From a virus: a stretch of 64,000 bases of DNA. Position numbers and translations under genes: made by a program. How positions within the stretch are numbered: the first letter of the stretch is position 1; each line of letters starts with the position of its first letter. The notes beneath the pieces are model-generated. The model had not been told where the DNA came from. It saw only the letters and a list, made by a program, of their open reading frames with translations, and ran no database searches. This document shows positions 50,073-59,578 of this stretch, piece after piece. The stretch spans positions 5,634-69,633 of IMG/VR virus record IMGVR_UViG_3300035670_000167, one strand, 5' to 3'.

Positions 50073-51974
50073 TTATTCTCTTATTTGATTTTCATCTAAT
50101 AATGAAGATTTCGGTTTATCCTCATTAAATGAAATTTTTTTAACTACACTTTCAATTAATGTTTTATTTTTAAGATAAACTTGTTTAGCTTCTAATGCTA
50201 GTGGAGAATCACCTTTATATTCTGGTTTGATTGAGTCTGATTCGTTATCGTCTTTTTTCATTCCTTTATTACCTAATCTATCTTTACCGAAATTATCATC
50301 TTGAGTATTTCTAGTAGTTGATTTTTCTTCAGGACGACCCATTTTTAAATCATCTCCGTATCCTACAGGAACATTATCTGGTTCAGAATATATTCTTCCT
50401 TTACCATAAAGTGAAGCTAAATCGTGTGGTGTACCATATGATTTACCTGTTACTTTAGGATCATTACCTTCTTCTTCTAATTGTTTATATCTAAAGGTAC
50501 GTTTTTGGTCTTCAGCTAATAAATCTCTATATTCATCGTACTCATCTTGGCTAAAGTTAAATATATGATCATAAATCCAATCAGTAGGTAATAACTTAGT
50601 TTCCATAATCTTTTGAGCTAAGTCTACTTTTTGAGTTAATAATGCTATTTTTTCTTGGTCATATATAATTGATGGACCCGTTAAATCTAATTCAAAATTA
50701 GTTAATTCTTCACCAGTGTATCCTTGCGAATATAAATGAACTAACGCGATCTTATATAACTCTGATAGAACAATGCGTTGTATACGGTCAATTGTGCGAG
50801 CAAAACGTATATCTTCAGCGGCTAATGTTGCTTTACCAGTTAAATCTTTTTCATAGCCCATAAATGCTTTAGGCACCTTAAGGGCAGCAAATAATTTATC
50901 ACGTAAATAAGTAACATCTTGAATTCCATCATATTGTAAACCAGGTGTAGTTTCAATTTTAGTTGATGTATCATTTCCACGAATTGGAATATAAAAGTCT
51001 TCCAATAAGTTTTGCATGTTATATTTTAAATTATACTCACCGGTTTGACTATCCATTAATGGAGTACGTTTCATAGTAGAAATAGTTTTCTGCATGAAAT
51101 TTTCTACTTCATTAGGAGGAATTGAACCAACATTAATATAAAATATGCGACGATCAGGACTACGAGAAATTCTATGGATTAACATAGCATCCTCCATTAA
51201 AACGTATTGTTTAAAGATACGACGAGCAGGTTCTAAATATGAACGACCATAAGGAAGATAATTAACATCTGTTAATAATCTAAAATGAGCCATCTCATAA
51301 TTATCAAAATAAATACCGGGTTGGTTATCTTGGTATTGACCTAATACTGGAGTACCATAATAACCTGAACCACCAGCATAAATACCTTCTGGGGAATATC
51401 TAAATCTTACAGCATTTGGATGTTCTTTATCATAATTTTCTTGTCTTTCAATATGGTAAGCAGTGTATGGGATTACATTATAAACTCCATATTTTTCTGC
51501 GATTTCCATTTTAAGGAAAAAGTCACCATATTTACACATTTGGCGAATCCAAGACCATAAATTAAATTCGATGTTTAATACATCATAAAATAAATTATAA
51601 AGGATTTGTTGTACATCTTCGTTATTTGATTTAATACGAAGTACTTCTCCCATATCATTTTTTAATGTACTTTCATCAGCTATAATATCAAGGGCAGAAG
51701 CAACAATAGCATCATAATCCATATTATCATAGTCTGAATAGACCATGGTTCTTAGGTATTGCCAATTTATATTAATCTGGGAACCTAAAAGTGAAGTTGA
51801 TGCTGGGGAGTATAAGCGATTATATCTATCCATTAATGAATTTGTAGCTACATCCCCGGATTGTTGGATAGAATCTACATCCATTACTTTTAATTCATTT
51901 CCACCTACGTTTCTTACGATAACATCTGTTGAAAACAAACGTTGTAATCGGGTGAATAAACTAGTATCTGCCAT
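50073..51974 (-). CDS. Portal protein (gp20-like)
   Basis: MEDAMLIHRISRSPDRRIFYINVG, EDFYIP.RG, KLFAALKVP, EDIRFARTI. Confidence 0.96.
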   Translation of the reverse strand: MADTSLFTRLQRLFSTDVIVRNVGGNELKVMDVDSIQQSGDVATNSLMDRYNRLYSPASTSLLGSQININWQYLRTMVYSDYDNMDYDAIVASALDIIADESTLKNDMGEVLRIKSNNEDVQQILYNLFYDVLNIEFNLWSWIRQMCKYGDFFLKMEIAEKYGVYNVIPYTAYHIERQENYDKEHPNAVRFRYSPEGIYAGGSGYYGTPVLGQYQDNQPGIYFDNYEMAHFRLLTDVNYLPYGRSYLEPARRIFKQYVLMEDAMLIHRISRSPDRRIFYINVGSIPPNEVENFMQKTISTMKRTPLMDSQTGEYNLKYNMQNLLEDFYIPIRGNDTSTKIETTPGLQYDGIQDVTYLRDKLFAALKVPKAFMGYEKDLTGKATLAAEDIRFARTIDRIQRIVLSELYKIALVHLYSQGYTGEELTNFELDLTGPSIIYDQEKIALLTQKVDLAQKIMETKLLPTDWIYDHIFNFSQDEYDEYRDLLAEDQKRTFRYKQLEEEGNDPKVTGKSYGTPHDLASLYGKGRIYSEPDNVPVGYGDDLKMGRPEEKSTTRNTQDDNFGKDRLGNKGMKKDDNESDSIKPEYKGDSPLALEAKQVYLKNKTLIESVVKKISFNEDKPKSSLLDENQIRE

Positions 51975-52003
51975 TGTTTTTTAATTCGTTATATATATAA
52001 ATA

Positions 52004-53575
52004 TTATAACAACCATCTAATATCCTCAAATCCACCATCTGTTTTTATTTGATATGGATTTTTTGGAGCATTTAAGTTGTAAGCACCAACATACGTACTC
52101 TTACTCATATTACCAAGCGTAGCTCGAGTCATATCATGAGATTGTTGCTGGAATTTTAGTGAGGTATCTCTTAGGTACATTCCAATGCCAAAGCTCATTA
52201 CTAAATCATCATTATAACCAGATTGAGCTTCAGGTCTACCATTTTTCCAAATAAATACTTTCATTTCTTCTAACAAACGTTTTGAACGAATTGTTACAGA
52301 ACGATCACCAATATATTCTCTAAATTTATTTACAACTAAAGGTCTTGTTCTTAAGGACATTGTAAATCCAGGTGTCATTTCAGAACCACCTTCAAATACT
52401 CGCAGATAAGATTCAGCTGTTAATTGGTCAGATTTTGGTGAATGATATAAATTTCTATATCCTCTTTCAATTACAGCATCTAATGTTGCCCATCCAATTG
52501 ATGCATTTTCAATTACCAACATTGCATTATTATATTCGGATCCTAATCCAACTAAAAAATATCCAAATTCTTTAGGGGGAAGTTGTCCTTTATATTCAGC
52601 AACTTGTGTGTTAGTTGCAATATCAATTACGTGACACGCAGAAGAGTCTTTACCATCACCTCGGGCTACGTCAGCTACTATTATATATTCACGTGTATAA
52701 TCTGCTGGTTCCCATACCCATAAATTTTGGTCGGCTCCTCTACGTTCAAGTGGTTCTTTTATTGTTGTTTCTTTTATAAAATCAACCCATTCAGGATAAA
52801 ATACCACATCACCTGAGGTACTAAAATCACAGTCACATTCTTGAGATGCTAATCTAGGGTCACCTAAAAGTTCATCTTGGCGTTTTCTCCAAGTTTCATC
52901 TCGTTCAGGATGAACGTACCAAGGTAGCTTGATAGGTAAAAAGTCGTTCTCTGCTGATTCCGCTGATACCCATGTTTTGTGGAACCAATTCCCAGTTCCA
53001 TACGGTGTTGAAAGTACTATTGCTCCACCACCCGTTGCTAGTGTTTGTTGTGCTGATGCCCATATTTCTCCGATTTGTTCAATGAAAGCTGCCTCATCGA
53101 CTATTAGTAAAGATACTGCTTCTGATCGACCAGCATCACTACTTGCTGAGGTAGCTTTGATTTGTGATCCGTTACTTAATCTTAATGTTAATTTATTATG
53201 TTCGTCTGCTGATATTTTAAGCCATGAAGGTAAATTATCAAACATAAACTTAACCTTTGTAACCATGTTTTTAGCAGTTTCTTGCTTAGTTGCAATACAA
53301 AGTACGTTTTTATCTTTATGAAATAACATTAACCATAAAGAATAACCTGCTGCTAGTGTTGATATACCTAACTGGCGAGATTTTAGTACGATTGAATATG
53401 GATTATCTCTAAATAAACGTAGTGTTTTTTCCTGGAAAGGGTATAGGTTAAATAATACTCTACCTCTTTGTGGGTGTTGAATGTGGCAATATTTTTTCAT
53501 AAAATGCGCAGGATCTGCTGCACATTTTAAATACTCTTCACGTATTATTTGCCTTAAATCGGGTTGTTGACTCAT
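52004..53575 (-). CDS. terL: Terminase large subunit (gp17-like)
   Basis: LYPFQ, KSRQLGIST, DEAAFI, STPYG, DVARGDG.D, NDDLVM. Start set at ATG 53575 (ATGA overlap). Confidence 0.96.
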   Translation of the reverse strand: MSQQPDLRQIIREEYLKCAADPAHFMKKYCHIQHPQRGRVLFNLYPFQEKTLRLFRDNPYSIVLKSRQLGISTLAAGYSLWLMLFHKDKNVLCIATKQETAKNMVTKVKFMFDNLPSWLKISADEHNKLTLRLSNGSQIKATSASSDAGRSEAVSLLIVDEAAFIEQIGEIWASAQQTLATGGGAIVLSTPYGTGNWFHKTWVSAESAENDFLPIKLPWYVHPERDETWRKRQDELLGDPRLASQECDCDFSTSGDVVFYPEWVDFIKETTIKEPLERRGADQNLWVWEPADYTREYIIVADVARGDGKDSSACHVIDIATNTQVAEYKGQLPPKEFGYFLVGLGSEYNNAMLVIENASIGWATLDAVIERGYRNLYHSPKSDQLTAESYLRVFEGGSEMTPGFTMSLRTRPLVVNKFREYIGDRSVTIRSKRLLEEMKVFIWKNGRPEAQSGYNDDLVMSFGIGMYLRDTSLKFQQQSHDMTRATLGNMSKSTYVGAYNLNAPKNPYQIKTDGGFEDIRWLL

Positions 53576-53976
53576 AACAATATTAAAATTAAAGCAATAG
53601 CATTCAAACCAGCAACTCCCCAAGCAATTTTGGTTTTAGTTTTCTGTTTTTGAAATTGTTTGTCTTTAATTTTGATTTCAGAATCCTTATTTTGGATAAT
53701 CTGTTTAAAACTTACTTCATTTTTTTGATATAAATGAATTGTACTATCTTGTTTAACAATAACAGAATCTTGGTTTGTAACTATTTGAGTTAATAAAAGA
53801 GTTGAATCTCTAGATATATCTAATTGGGTTAGTAAAAAATCTCTTTCAGTTTTTACTAATAATGCTCTTTTTAATGATTTACAAGGAACACAACAAGTGC
53901 TATCATTGGAAAGCGTTTGTGAATTCGCTAATAACGGCAGCGTTACTAAGAGAATTAATGCGATTAGATTCTTCAT
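53572..53976 (-). CDS. Secreted coiled-coil protein with C-terminal TM (spanin-like candidate)
   Basis: Signal-peptide-like MKNLIALILLVTLPLLANSQ and C-terminal IAWGVAGLNAIALILILL. Confidence 0.6.
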   Translation of the reverse strand: MKNLIALILLVTLPLLANSQTLSNDSTCCVPCKSLKRALLVKTERDFLLTQLDISRDSTLLLTQIVTNQDSVIVKQDSTIHLYQKNEVSFKQIIQNKDSEIKIKDKQFQKQKTKTKIAWGVAGLNAIALILILL

Positions 53977-54253
53977 TGTATTTTTGTTTATTTTTTTTAG
54001 CTTTAATCTTTAAAAGAGCTAATTTCTTTTTATCTTCTTCTACTTTAAGTTTATATTCTTTAATTTCTAAAGATAAAGAGTGGATTATAACTTGATTCGA
54101 ATCAATATTAGCTTTTAAAGAATCATTTTGACGATGAAGACTTTCGATTTTATTTTTATAGTCTATATTTTTAGCATAATTAATATTATTGTATATAATT
54201 ACAACAATTAATATTACAGTGGCATAGCTAAGAATTTGATAAATGTATTTCAT
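53903..54253 (-). CDS. N-terminally membrane-anchored coiled-coil protein (i-spanin-like candidate)
   Basis: Single N-terminal TM then heptads. Overlaps the downstream gene by 74 nt. Confidence 0.6.
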   Translation of the reverse strand: MKYIYQILSYATVILIVVIIYNNINYAKNIDYKNKIESLHRQNDSLKANIDSNQVIIHSLSLEIKEYKLKVEEDKKKLALLKIKAKKNKQKYNEESNRINSLSNAAVISEFTNAFQ

Positions 54254-54675
54254 TATTCTTCACCGTCATCATCCATTGAAGGATTAATCATAGCTTCAAT
54301 TTCTTTTTTAAGCTTAGTTAAATTCTTTAATTGACCAACGTATTTTTGCTTTTCAGCACCTTCAGCTGATTTGTATTTATTTACAATAGATTTCATCTGC
54401 TTAACTACCTCACCATATTTAGACTGTAATTTAGCAATTGAAGCATTAGCTGCGATATCCTTAGCTGTAGGTTCAGTATCAAATTCTTCTTCATTTTCTA
54501 AAGTAACAGTTCCACCTGCTTTTAAAGTATTAACAGGAGTTACTTTATCTTTTGAAGCAGAAAATTTAGGATCTTTCTGGAGGTCATCTACAGCTCCTGG
54601 TCCTACATAAGTAGCTTCGGATAATTCATTTACAATAAGTTCTTTAATATATTCTTTAGCTTCAGATTTTTTCAT
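54253..54675 (-). CDS. Putative internal head protein
   Basis: MKKSEAKEYIKELIVNELSE N-terminus and late motif at 54693. Confidence 0.6.
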   Translation of the reverse strand: MKKSEAKEYIKELIVNELSEATYVGPGAVDDLQKDPKFSASKDKVTPVNTLKAGGTVTLENEEEFDTEPTAKDIAANASIAKLQSKYGEVVKQMKSIVNKYKSAEGAEKQKYVGQLKNLTKLKKEIEAMINPSMDDDGEE

Positions 54676-54700
54676 TTGTAAAAATATTTTGTTATAAATA

Positions 54701-55231
54701 TTACAAAGAAAGGGCAGATTTCACTTGTGCAATACGTTCTTCAGTAGAACCACTAATAATTGTATAATTTTTAAATTTATATTTATATCGTTTAATTATA
54801 TTCTGGATTATAAAATCAATTAATTCACGATATTCTAGATCAGTTTCACGAACACCATTGTCTTCCATATCAACTCCTTCAGGAGAAACATAAAAAATAT
54901 AATCATATTCAGATAATAAACGTGCCGCTAATGTTTGAAAATCATCGGCTTCATGATAATCAATTGATTTAGCTGCTTTAGTAAATGCCATAACATCAAT
55001 AATAGTACGGTCTGTAATAATATTTTCGCACATTAATTCACTAGCTCGCTCAGCCAAAAATACAATTTGACCTTTAATTGTTGAATCTGTGTTTAATGGG
55101 ATACCTAACTCCATTAAATACTTTGAGCGTTCAGTTCTAAATTGATAATCTTTAAATTCAGGTAATTCCTTCAACGCATTTACAAGCGTTGTTTTACCTA
55201 CTGACATTGTTCCGCAAAAACCTATTTTCAT
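54701..55231 (-). CDS. P-loop nucleotide kinase-like protein (AAA_28/NadR-type)
   Basis: GTMSVGKTTL, ITDRT..D, YDYIFY, EDNGVR. Confidence 0.8.
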   Translation of the reverse strand: MKIGFCGTMSVGKTTLVNALKELPEFKDYQFRTERSKYLMELGIPLNTDSTIKGQIVFLAERASELMCENIITDRTIIDVMAFTKAAKSIDYHEADDFQTLAARLLSEYDYIFYVSPEGVDMEDNGVRETDLEYRELIDFIIQNIIKRYKYKFKNYTIISGSTEERIAQVKSALSL

Positions 55232-55611
55232 CCTTGTGAATCTCCTTTTTTAACTCGATAACTATCTTCTTCAAAATGTTTTGTTGATACTTCAAAAATT
55301 GTAGCTTCATCGGTAAGTGCCATTAATTGATGAGGTTGACCACGTTCTAAATCTACAACATCTCCTTCTTTAAGCCACACTACTTTTGTTTCTGCTGTTT
55401 CAGTATTAATCCATCTATATTCAAATTCTCCTTTAGCTACATACCATGATTCTTCTTTAATCAAATGATAATGCATTGAAAATTTTTTACCTTTTTCAAA
55501 TACAAGGAGTTTACCACAATAAGCATCATGATTTACAATCCAAAGTTCATGACCCCATGCTTTTTCATATCTATCTCCCTTGCGGGGAATTGGTTCATAT
55601 TTGTGTCCCAT
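55228..55611 (-). CDS. Cupin, sugar-isomerase-like
   Basis: KAWGHE.W, SMHYH..K.ESWYV..G, PHQL, EVST.H...DSYR. Confidence 0.8.
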   Translation of the reverse strand: MGHKYEPIPRKGDRYEKAWGHELWIVNHDAYCGKLLVFEKGKKFSMHYHLIKEESWYVAKGEFEYRWINTETAETKVVWLKEGDVVDLERGQPHQLMALTDEATIFEVSTKHFEEDSYRVKKGDSQG

Positions 55612-55612
55612 T

Positions 55613-55873
55613 TTAAAATCTATTTGTTTGTCCTTTTAATCCAGGATTTTTATACCAAGGTAATCCTTCTCTTTCCTTGCGAGCTTGTCTCCACTCTTCT
55701 TCTGTTTTTTTAATACCATTAAGATAATATTCACGTTTACGATTATCACCTTCTGGTATTAGTGCCGGACCTTCCCAGTTATGAAGTTTATTATCGAAAA
55801 CATATGCTATTGTACCATCTACTTTAGTAAGTTTCTTTGATGGGGTGTACTTGTGGTTTGATTTTTGTTCCAT
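55613..55873 (-). CDS. Small protein with LH..GPA...EYYLNG (MORN-variant-like) unit
   Basis: KLHNWEGPALIPEG...EYYLNG. Start set at ATG 55873. Confidence 0.7.
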   Translation of the reverse strand: MEQKSNHKYTPSKKLTKVDGTIAYVFDNKLHNWEGPALIPEGDNRKREYYLNGIKKTEEEWRQARKEREGLPWYKNPGLKGQTNRF

Positions 55874-55874
55874 A

Positions 55875-57242
55875 TTAAAATAAATCTCCTGTTCCTTGTT
55901 CGTAAAGATACAAATCATTTTTATGTTCTCCAAGTATAGATTCACAAACATAAATTGCTTGTGCTCCTGATACTGTAATACCTCGTGCTGATAAAGCATC
56001 ACCTACAAAGTGTACATTTGCATAATCAGCTAATGCTAAATTACTATAATCTACTTTAACTTCAGGTGATAGATATTTTACTTCAGGAATATAAATACCC
56101 CAATCGTCTTGTAATGTTGGGAATACTTTTTTCATGTCTTGAATAAAATCCATAACATATTTAAAGTAACCTTCCATAGCAGGTTCAACAACATGAGCTA
56201 ATGTATCTAAACTAATTTGAGTTGCTGTTACACCATTACCTTCAGATGTAGTTGATGGTTGACGAGATGGACTATAATATAAACCAGTACCATTTGCTTG
56301 TACTTTATTTACTACATCACGTGACCATTTAAACGGATCTTCAATACCATTAATTTCCATTAAGATACCGAAATTAGTCATATTATTTCTATATGCTTCG
56401 TCTTTCTTAGCATGTCCATTATATGAATGATCACCATATGTTTCCTCTACAGCAACATAAGCAGCATTATTATTTGTACAGAATGAACGTAATGAAACTC
56501 CTTCATCTTCAAATTTTCTATATAACTTAAAGTCATATGAAATATCGATTAGTTTTTGAAAGTGTTTTTGTGGTGCTTCAAATCGAACTCCAATTTGTAC
56601 TGATTTGGGTTCATCTGGGAGTTCGTATTGGTGGGCTAGCTCTTGAGCAAAATCAATGCCTGATTTACCTACTGCAAATATAAGTTCATCATATATTAAA
56701 GATTTAATTTTTCCTAGTTTAACAGGTAAAGAAGAATAACCTAATGAATTTTTATTAAAATTAACATCAGTTACTTTAGTTTCCCAAATAAACTTTACAC
56801 CTTTTTCAACTAAATAATCATACCAATTTTTAGCAATTTCAGATAGATAATCTGTACCTACGTGCCATACTGGGAATAAGCGTAAACCAAAATAGGGTTT
56901 GATAAATTCAGGTTCTGCTTCAGGATTTGAACATTGTACTTCTTCTGGTTTAGGGTGGAAACGTTTGAAATTGGTAATGACTTGATCCATCAATTCCATT
57001 GCTTTTTCCTCACCACAATATTTTGATAGTTGACCTCCAATTGCTGTGTGATAAGTCAATTTACCATCAGACCAACCTCCAGCACCTAAGAAACCTGTCA
57101 TTACTTCTTCAGGTTTACGTTGGTATGGATCTTTACCCATATCAATTACAGTGATCATTTCACCAGGATAACCGTTATCAACAAGTTTTGTTGCTGCATT
57201 TACACCTGCTACTCCTGCTCCTACAATTACTATTTTTTTCAT
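55875..57242 (-). CDS. FAD-dependent oxidoreductase (COG2509-like)
   Basis: IVGAGVAG Rossmann motif, GAGGWSDGKL, IGVRFE, RSFCTN, NGH, PEVKY, FVGD...RGI. Confidence 0.88.
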   Translation of the reverse strand: MKKIVIVGAGVAGVNAATKLVDNGYPGEMITVIDMGKDPYQRKPEEVMTGFLGAGGWSDGKLTYHTAIGGQLSKYCGEEKAMELMDQVITNFKRFHPKPEEVQCSNPEAEPEFIKPYFGLRLFPVWHVGTDYLSEIAKNWYDYLVEKGVKFIWETKVTDVNFNKNSLGYSSLPVKLGKIKSLIYDELIFAVGKSGIDFAQELAHQYELPDEPKSVQIGVRFEAPQKHFQKLIDISYDFKLYRKFEDEGVSLRSFCTNNNAAYVAVEETYGDHSYNGHAKKDEAYRNNMTNFGILMEINGIEDPFKWSRDVVNKVQANGTGLYYSPSRQPSTTSEGNGVTATQISLDTLAHVVEPAMEGYFKYVMDFIQDMKKVFPTLQDDWGIYIPEVKYLSPEVKVDYSNLALADYANVHFVGDALSARGITVSGAQAIYVCESILGEHKNDLYLYEQGTGDLF

Positions 57243-57264
57243 TTTATAATCAGCGTTTAATATT

Positions 57265-57295
57265 TAAATATACATAAAAAAAGTGGCGTCTCCAA
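57265..57295 (-). promoter_or_regulatory. Bipartite promoter TTGG-N19-TATATTTA upstream of FAD oxidoreductase
   Basis: CCAA 57292-57295 and TAAATATA 57265-57272, spacer 19 nt, overlapping the terminator. Confidence 0.65.
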
Positions 57296-57310
57296 ATTGG
57301 ATGACGCCAC
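57276..57310 (-). terminator. Intrinsic terminator
   Basis: GTGGCGTC/GACGCCAC stem (inner TCCA/TGGA) followed by U7. Confidence 0.85.
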
Positions 57311-57360
57311 AGCTGTCAAGTTTTTAAGAAAAATCGGCGGGCTATGAATCCGCCTATAAA

Positions 57361-57969
57361 TTAAGCAAATAAACCTGAAATGAATTGTTTAATTTCACCT
57401 CCTTTAACAGCACTTAAAGCTGTTTCTAAAGTAGCTAAAGATAAATTTTTGGCTTGGAGTGCTTTAACGGCTGTTGCTCCTGAAGCAACCAAGAAAGTAG
57501 CTACAATTACGTGAAAAATACCATTTGCTATTTTTTTAGCTTTAGTTTCATCTTTAACGAATTTTTTAACAACTGCTGTTAAAGGAACCATATATAAATG
57601 ATGTAATTCATCAGCAATTTTACCTAATTTAGTCATCCATTGTTGATAAGCATCTTGATCGGTTGGTTTTTTACCTAACATTTTATTAACCATATTACCA
57701 GCTGCTTGACCAAATTTAGCAACTAATCCCATAATAGCGGGGAGTGCAATAGCAATACTAGCTACTGTTAATAAACCTTCGTTAGTTGTTTTTGATGCTT
57801 TAGCTAATTCAGTATCCATAGTTTTTAATATAGAAGACATTTCATCTTTTACATCATCTACTACAGCTTGTTCTTTATCATCTAAGTTAATATCAACTTC
57901 TTTTAAATTTTTTTCTAACTGTCCCTCAGCTAAAAATTTTCTTAAATCAAATGCGTCTGCTTGTTTCAC
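57361..57969 (-). CDS. Putative ejected/internal protein with hydrophobic helices
   Basis: GTG start at 57969 (GTGA overlap). FDLRKFLAEG N-terminus and two hydrophobic segments. Confidence 0.65.
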   Translation of the reverse strand: MKQADAFDLRKFLAEGQLEKNLKEVDINLDDKEQAVVDDVKDEMSSILKTMDTELAKASKTTNEGLLTVASIAIALPAIMGLVAKFGQAAGNMVNKMLGKKPTDQDAYQQWMTKLGKIADELHHLYMVPLTAVVKKFVKDETKAKKIANGIFHVIVATFLVASGATAVKALQAKNLSLATLETALSAVKGGEIKQFISGLFA

Positions 57970-58229
57970 GATTTGTGTATTTTTAATTTTAATGTTCCTG
58001 TTCCTTTGATTACACGATGCCACTCATGTTTTGATATAAATATGGGTGAATTTATAGAAGTTGGTAGTTGATTATCAAGTTGCAATTTCCAATCTGTTTC
58101 TCCAATTATTTCAACTGTTCTATTTTCATTATCACGATGCCATAAAAGTTCTATTGGATCTATATTTTCGTTAAATTCACGAATAATATATTTGTCAGTA
58201 ACTTTTATGTCTGTGTATGGTTTACTCAT
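57966..58229 (-). CDS. Small cupin-fold protein
   Basis: WHRD, W.LQLDN.LP, WHRVIKG. Start set at ATG 58229. Confidence 0.75.
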   Translation of the reverse strand: MSKPYTDIKVTDKYIIREFNENIDPIELLWHRDNENRTVEIIGETDWKLQLDNQLPTSINSPIFISKHEWHRVIKGTGTLKLKIHKS

Positions 58230-58881
58230 CGTAATTAAATTTTGTAGCATTTGCTGCTGTCCATCTATCTTGATTTTCACATATCCATGTTTTGGTAGAA
58301 AATCTAAAATATGGAATTTTTAAATTTGTTGAAGAGGTTTGTGATTGATGTTTCCAAATAATTCTATTATTAGGTTGAGCAGCAAATTGACCATTATCTA
58401 ATTTAATAATATTAAATGATTTGTGTTCATTTGGTGTTTCAGCCCATGAAATATCTAATTCATTTGGGTCTGAGGAGCATGAGTCTATAGTAAATAGGTA
58501 ATATCCAGGGGCTCTAGTTTGGTCTTTCATTACTACTTCACATCGAGCGTTTCGTAGTCTTTGTTTTTTAACTACAGTTATATTATATGAAAAACAATCC
58601 CATAATTGAAGCCAATCTAAAGGATATAATTCATCTTCTTTTATATCTGTTTTCCAAACATAAGCATGTAAAGGTAATTTATCGTATAAAGCACCATAAT
58701 CATGTATTAATGATTCAAAATATAGTGCTTGATTAGGAATAGATTTAGTAGATATCCAATGAGCAGATTCAAATTCCCCTTTTCCAAGAGGATTTTCATT
58801 TTCATCTACTTGGAAATCATACAAAAATTCTTTTCTAATAAAAACTTCTATTGGGGGGATATTTGCTATTAAATAGCTCAT
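58222..58881 (-). CDS. Conserved phage hypothetical protein
   Basis: LQLWDCFSY, YLFTID, EHK, GQFAAQPNNR motifs. Confidence 0.75.
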   Translation of the reverse strand: MSYLIANIPPIEVFIRKEFLYDFQVDENENPLGKGEFESAHWISTKSIPNQALYFESLIHDYGALYDKLPLHAYVWKTDIKEDELYPLDWLQLWDCFSYNITVVKKQRLRNARCEVVMKDQTRAPGYYLFTIDSCSSDPNELDISWAETPNEHKSFNIIKLDNGQFAAQPNNRIIWKHQSQTSSTNLKIPYFRFSTKTWICENQDRWTAANATKFNYDE

Positions 58882-59211
58882 TTATTTTTTATTTCGAATT
58901 AATAATTCACCTAAAACCTCTAAACGACCAACCTCTCTTTGAAATTCGATTTGAGTCATATCTAATGAAATTTTTTTATAGGTTTCTTTAAATTCTTTTT
59001 CAGCTTCTTTAAAGTCCATTTTACCTTCATTTGCCTTTTTATAGTAAGGAGCTTTTACTTTAAAGTGATGCCAAGTTAAAAGTGCTAATCCACCTTTTTT
59101 TTCTGCTGTTTCAGCTATTTTAGCAGCACCCTTGCCTCTAATATTAGCAAATTCCTCAAAAGTTTCCTTAAGTTTTTTTGCTTCGTTTATTAAATTAATT
59201 AATTTTATCAT
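58882..59211 (-). CDS. Putative internal head protein
   Basis: MIKLINLINE N-terminus, basic and helical. Confidence 0.6.
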   Translation of the reverse strand: MIKLINLINEAKKLKETFEEFANIRGKGAAKIAETAEKKGGLALLTWHHFKVKAPYYKKANEGKMDFKEAEKEFKETYKKISLDMTQIEFQREVGRLEVLGELLIRNKK

Positions 59212-59236
59212 TAATTATAAAGTTTATATAATTTAT

Positions 59237-59572
59237 TTAATTATTCCAAGGAGGAGTTAAAGATATTATAGTAGGATTTATTTGTTCGTTTATGTTATTT
59301 TGTAATAAATCATAAATTTCTTGAACACCTACAACTCCAAATGTATCTTTTACCCATGTAATTACTTGTTCCTCTGTTAAAGATTCATATAAGGTAAAAC
59401 TATTAGGATTTGGAGATGGAAGAATTAAAGATCCTTGTAATTGAAAAGAATATTCTATTTCTTCTATAATTTCTATTGCTGTACATTTCCAATGTGCTTT
59501 ATACACTACATTAGATAAACCATTTTCATTAGTTTTACATTCTAAACTTGATATTGTCCAATTTATTTCCAT
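59237..59572 (-). CDS. Fibre-associated small protein
   Basis: WTI..LE, VV...HW, F..YESLTEEQV..WV, PPW. Follows a fibre-like gene. Confidence 0.7.
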   Translation of the reverse strand: MEINWTISSLECKTNENGLSNVVYKAHWKCTAIEIIEEIEYSFQLQGSLILPSPNPNSFTLYESLTEEQVITWVKDTFGVVGVQEIYDLLQNNINEQINPTIISLTPPWNN

Positions 59573-59578
59573 AATATA

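Noticed and set aside
2378-53575. Inteins or introns in nrdA, helicase, recA, terminase or portal
   Set aside because: All are contiguous and of normal or short length, with no Hint or homing-endonuclease motifs seen.
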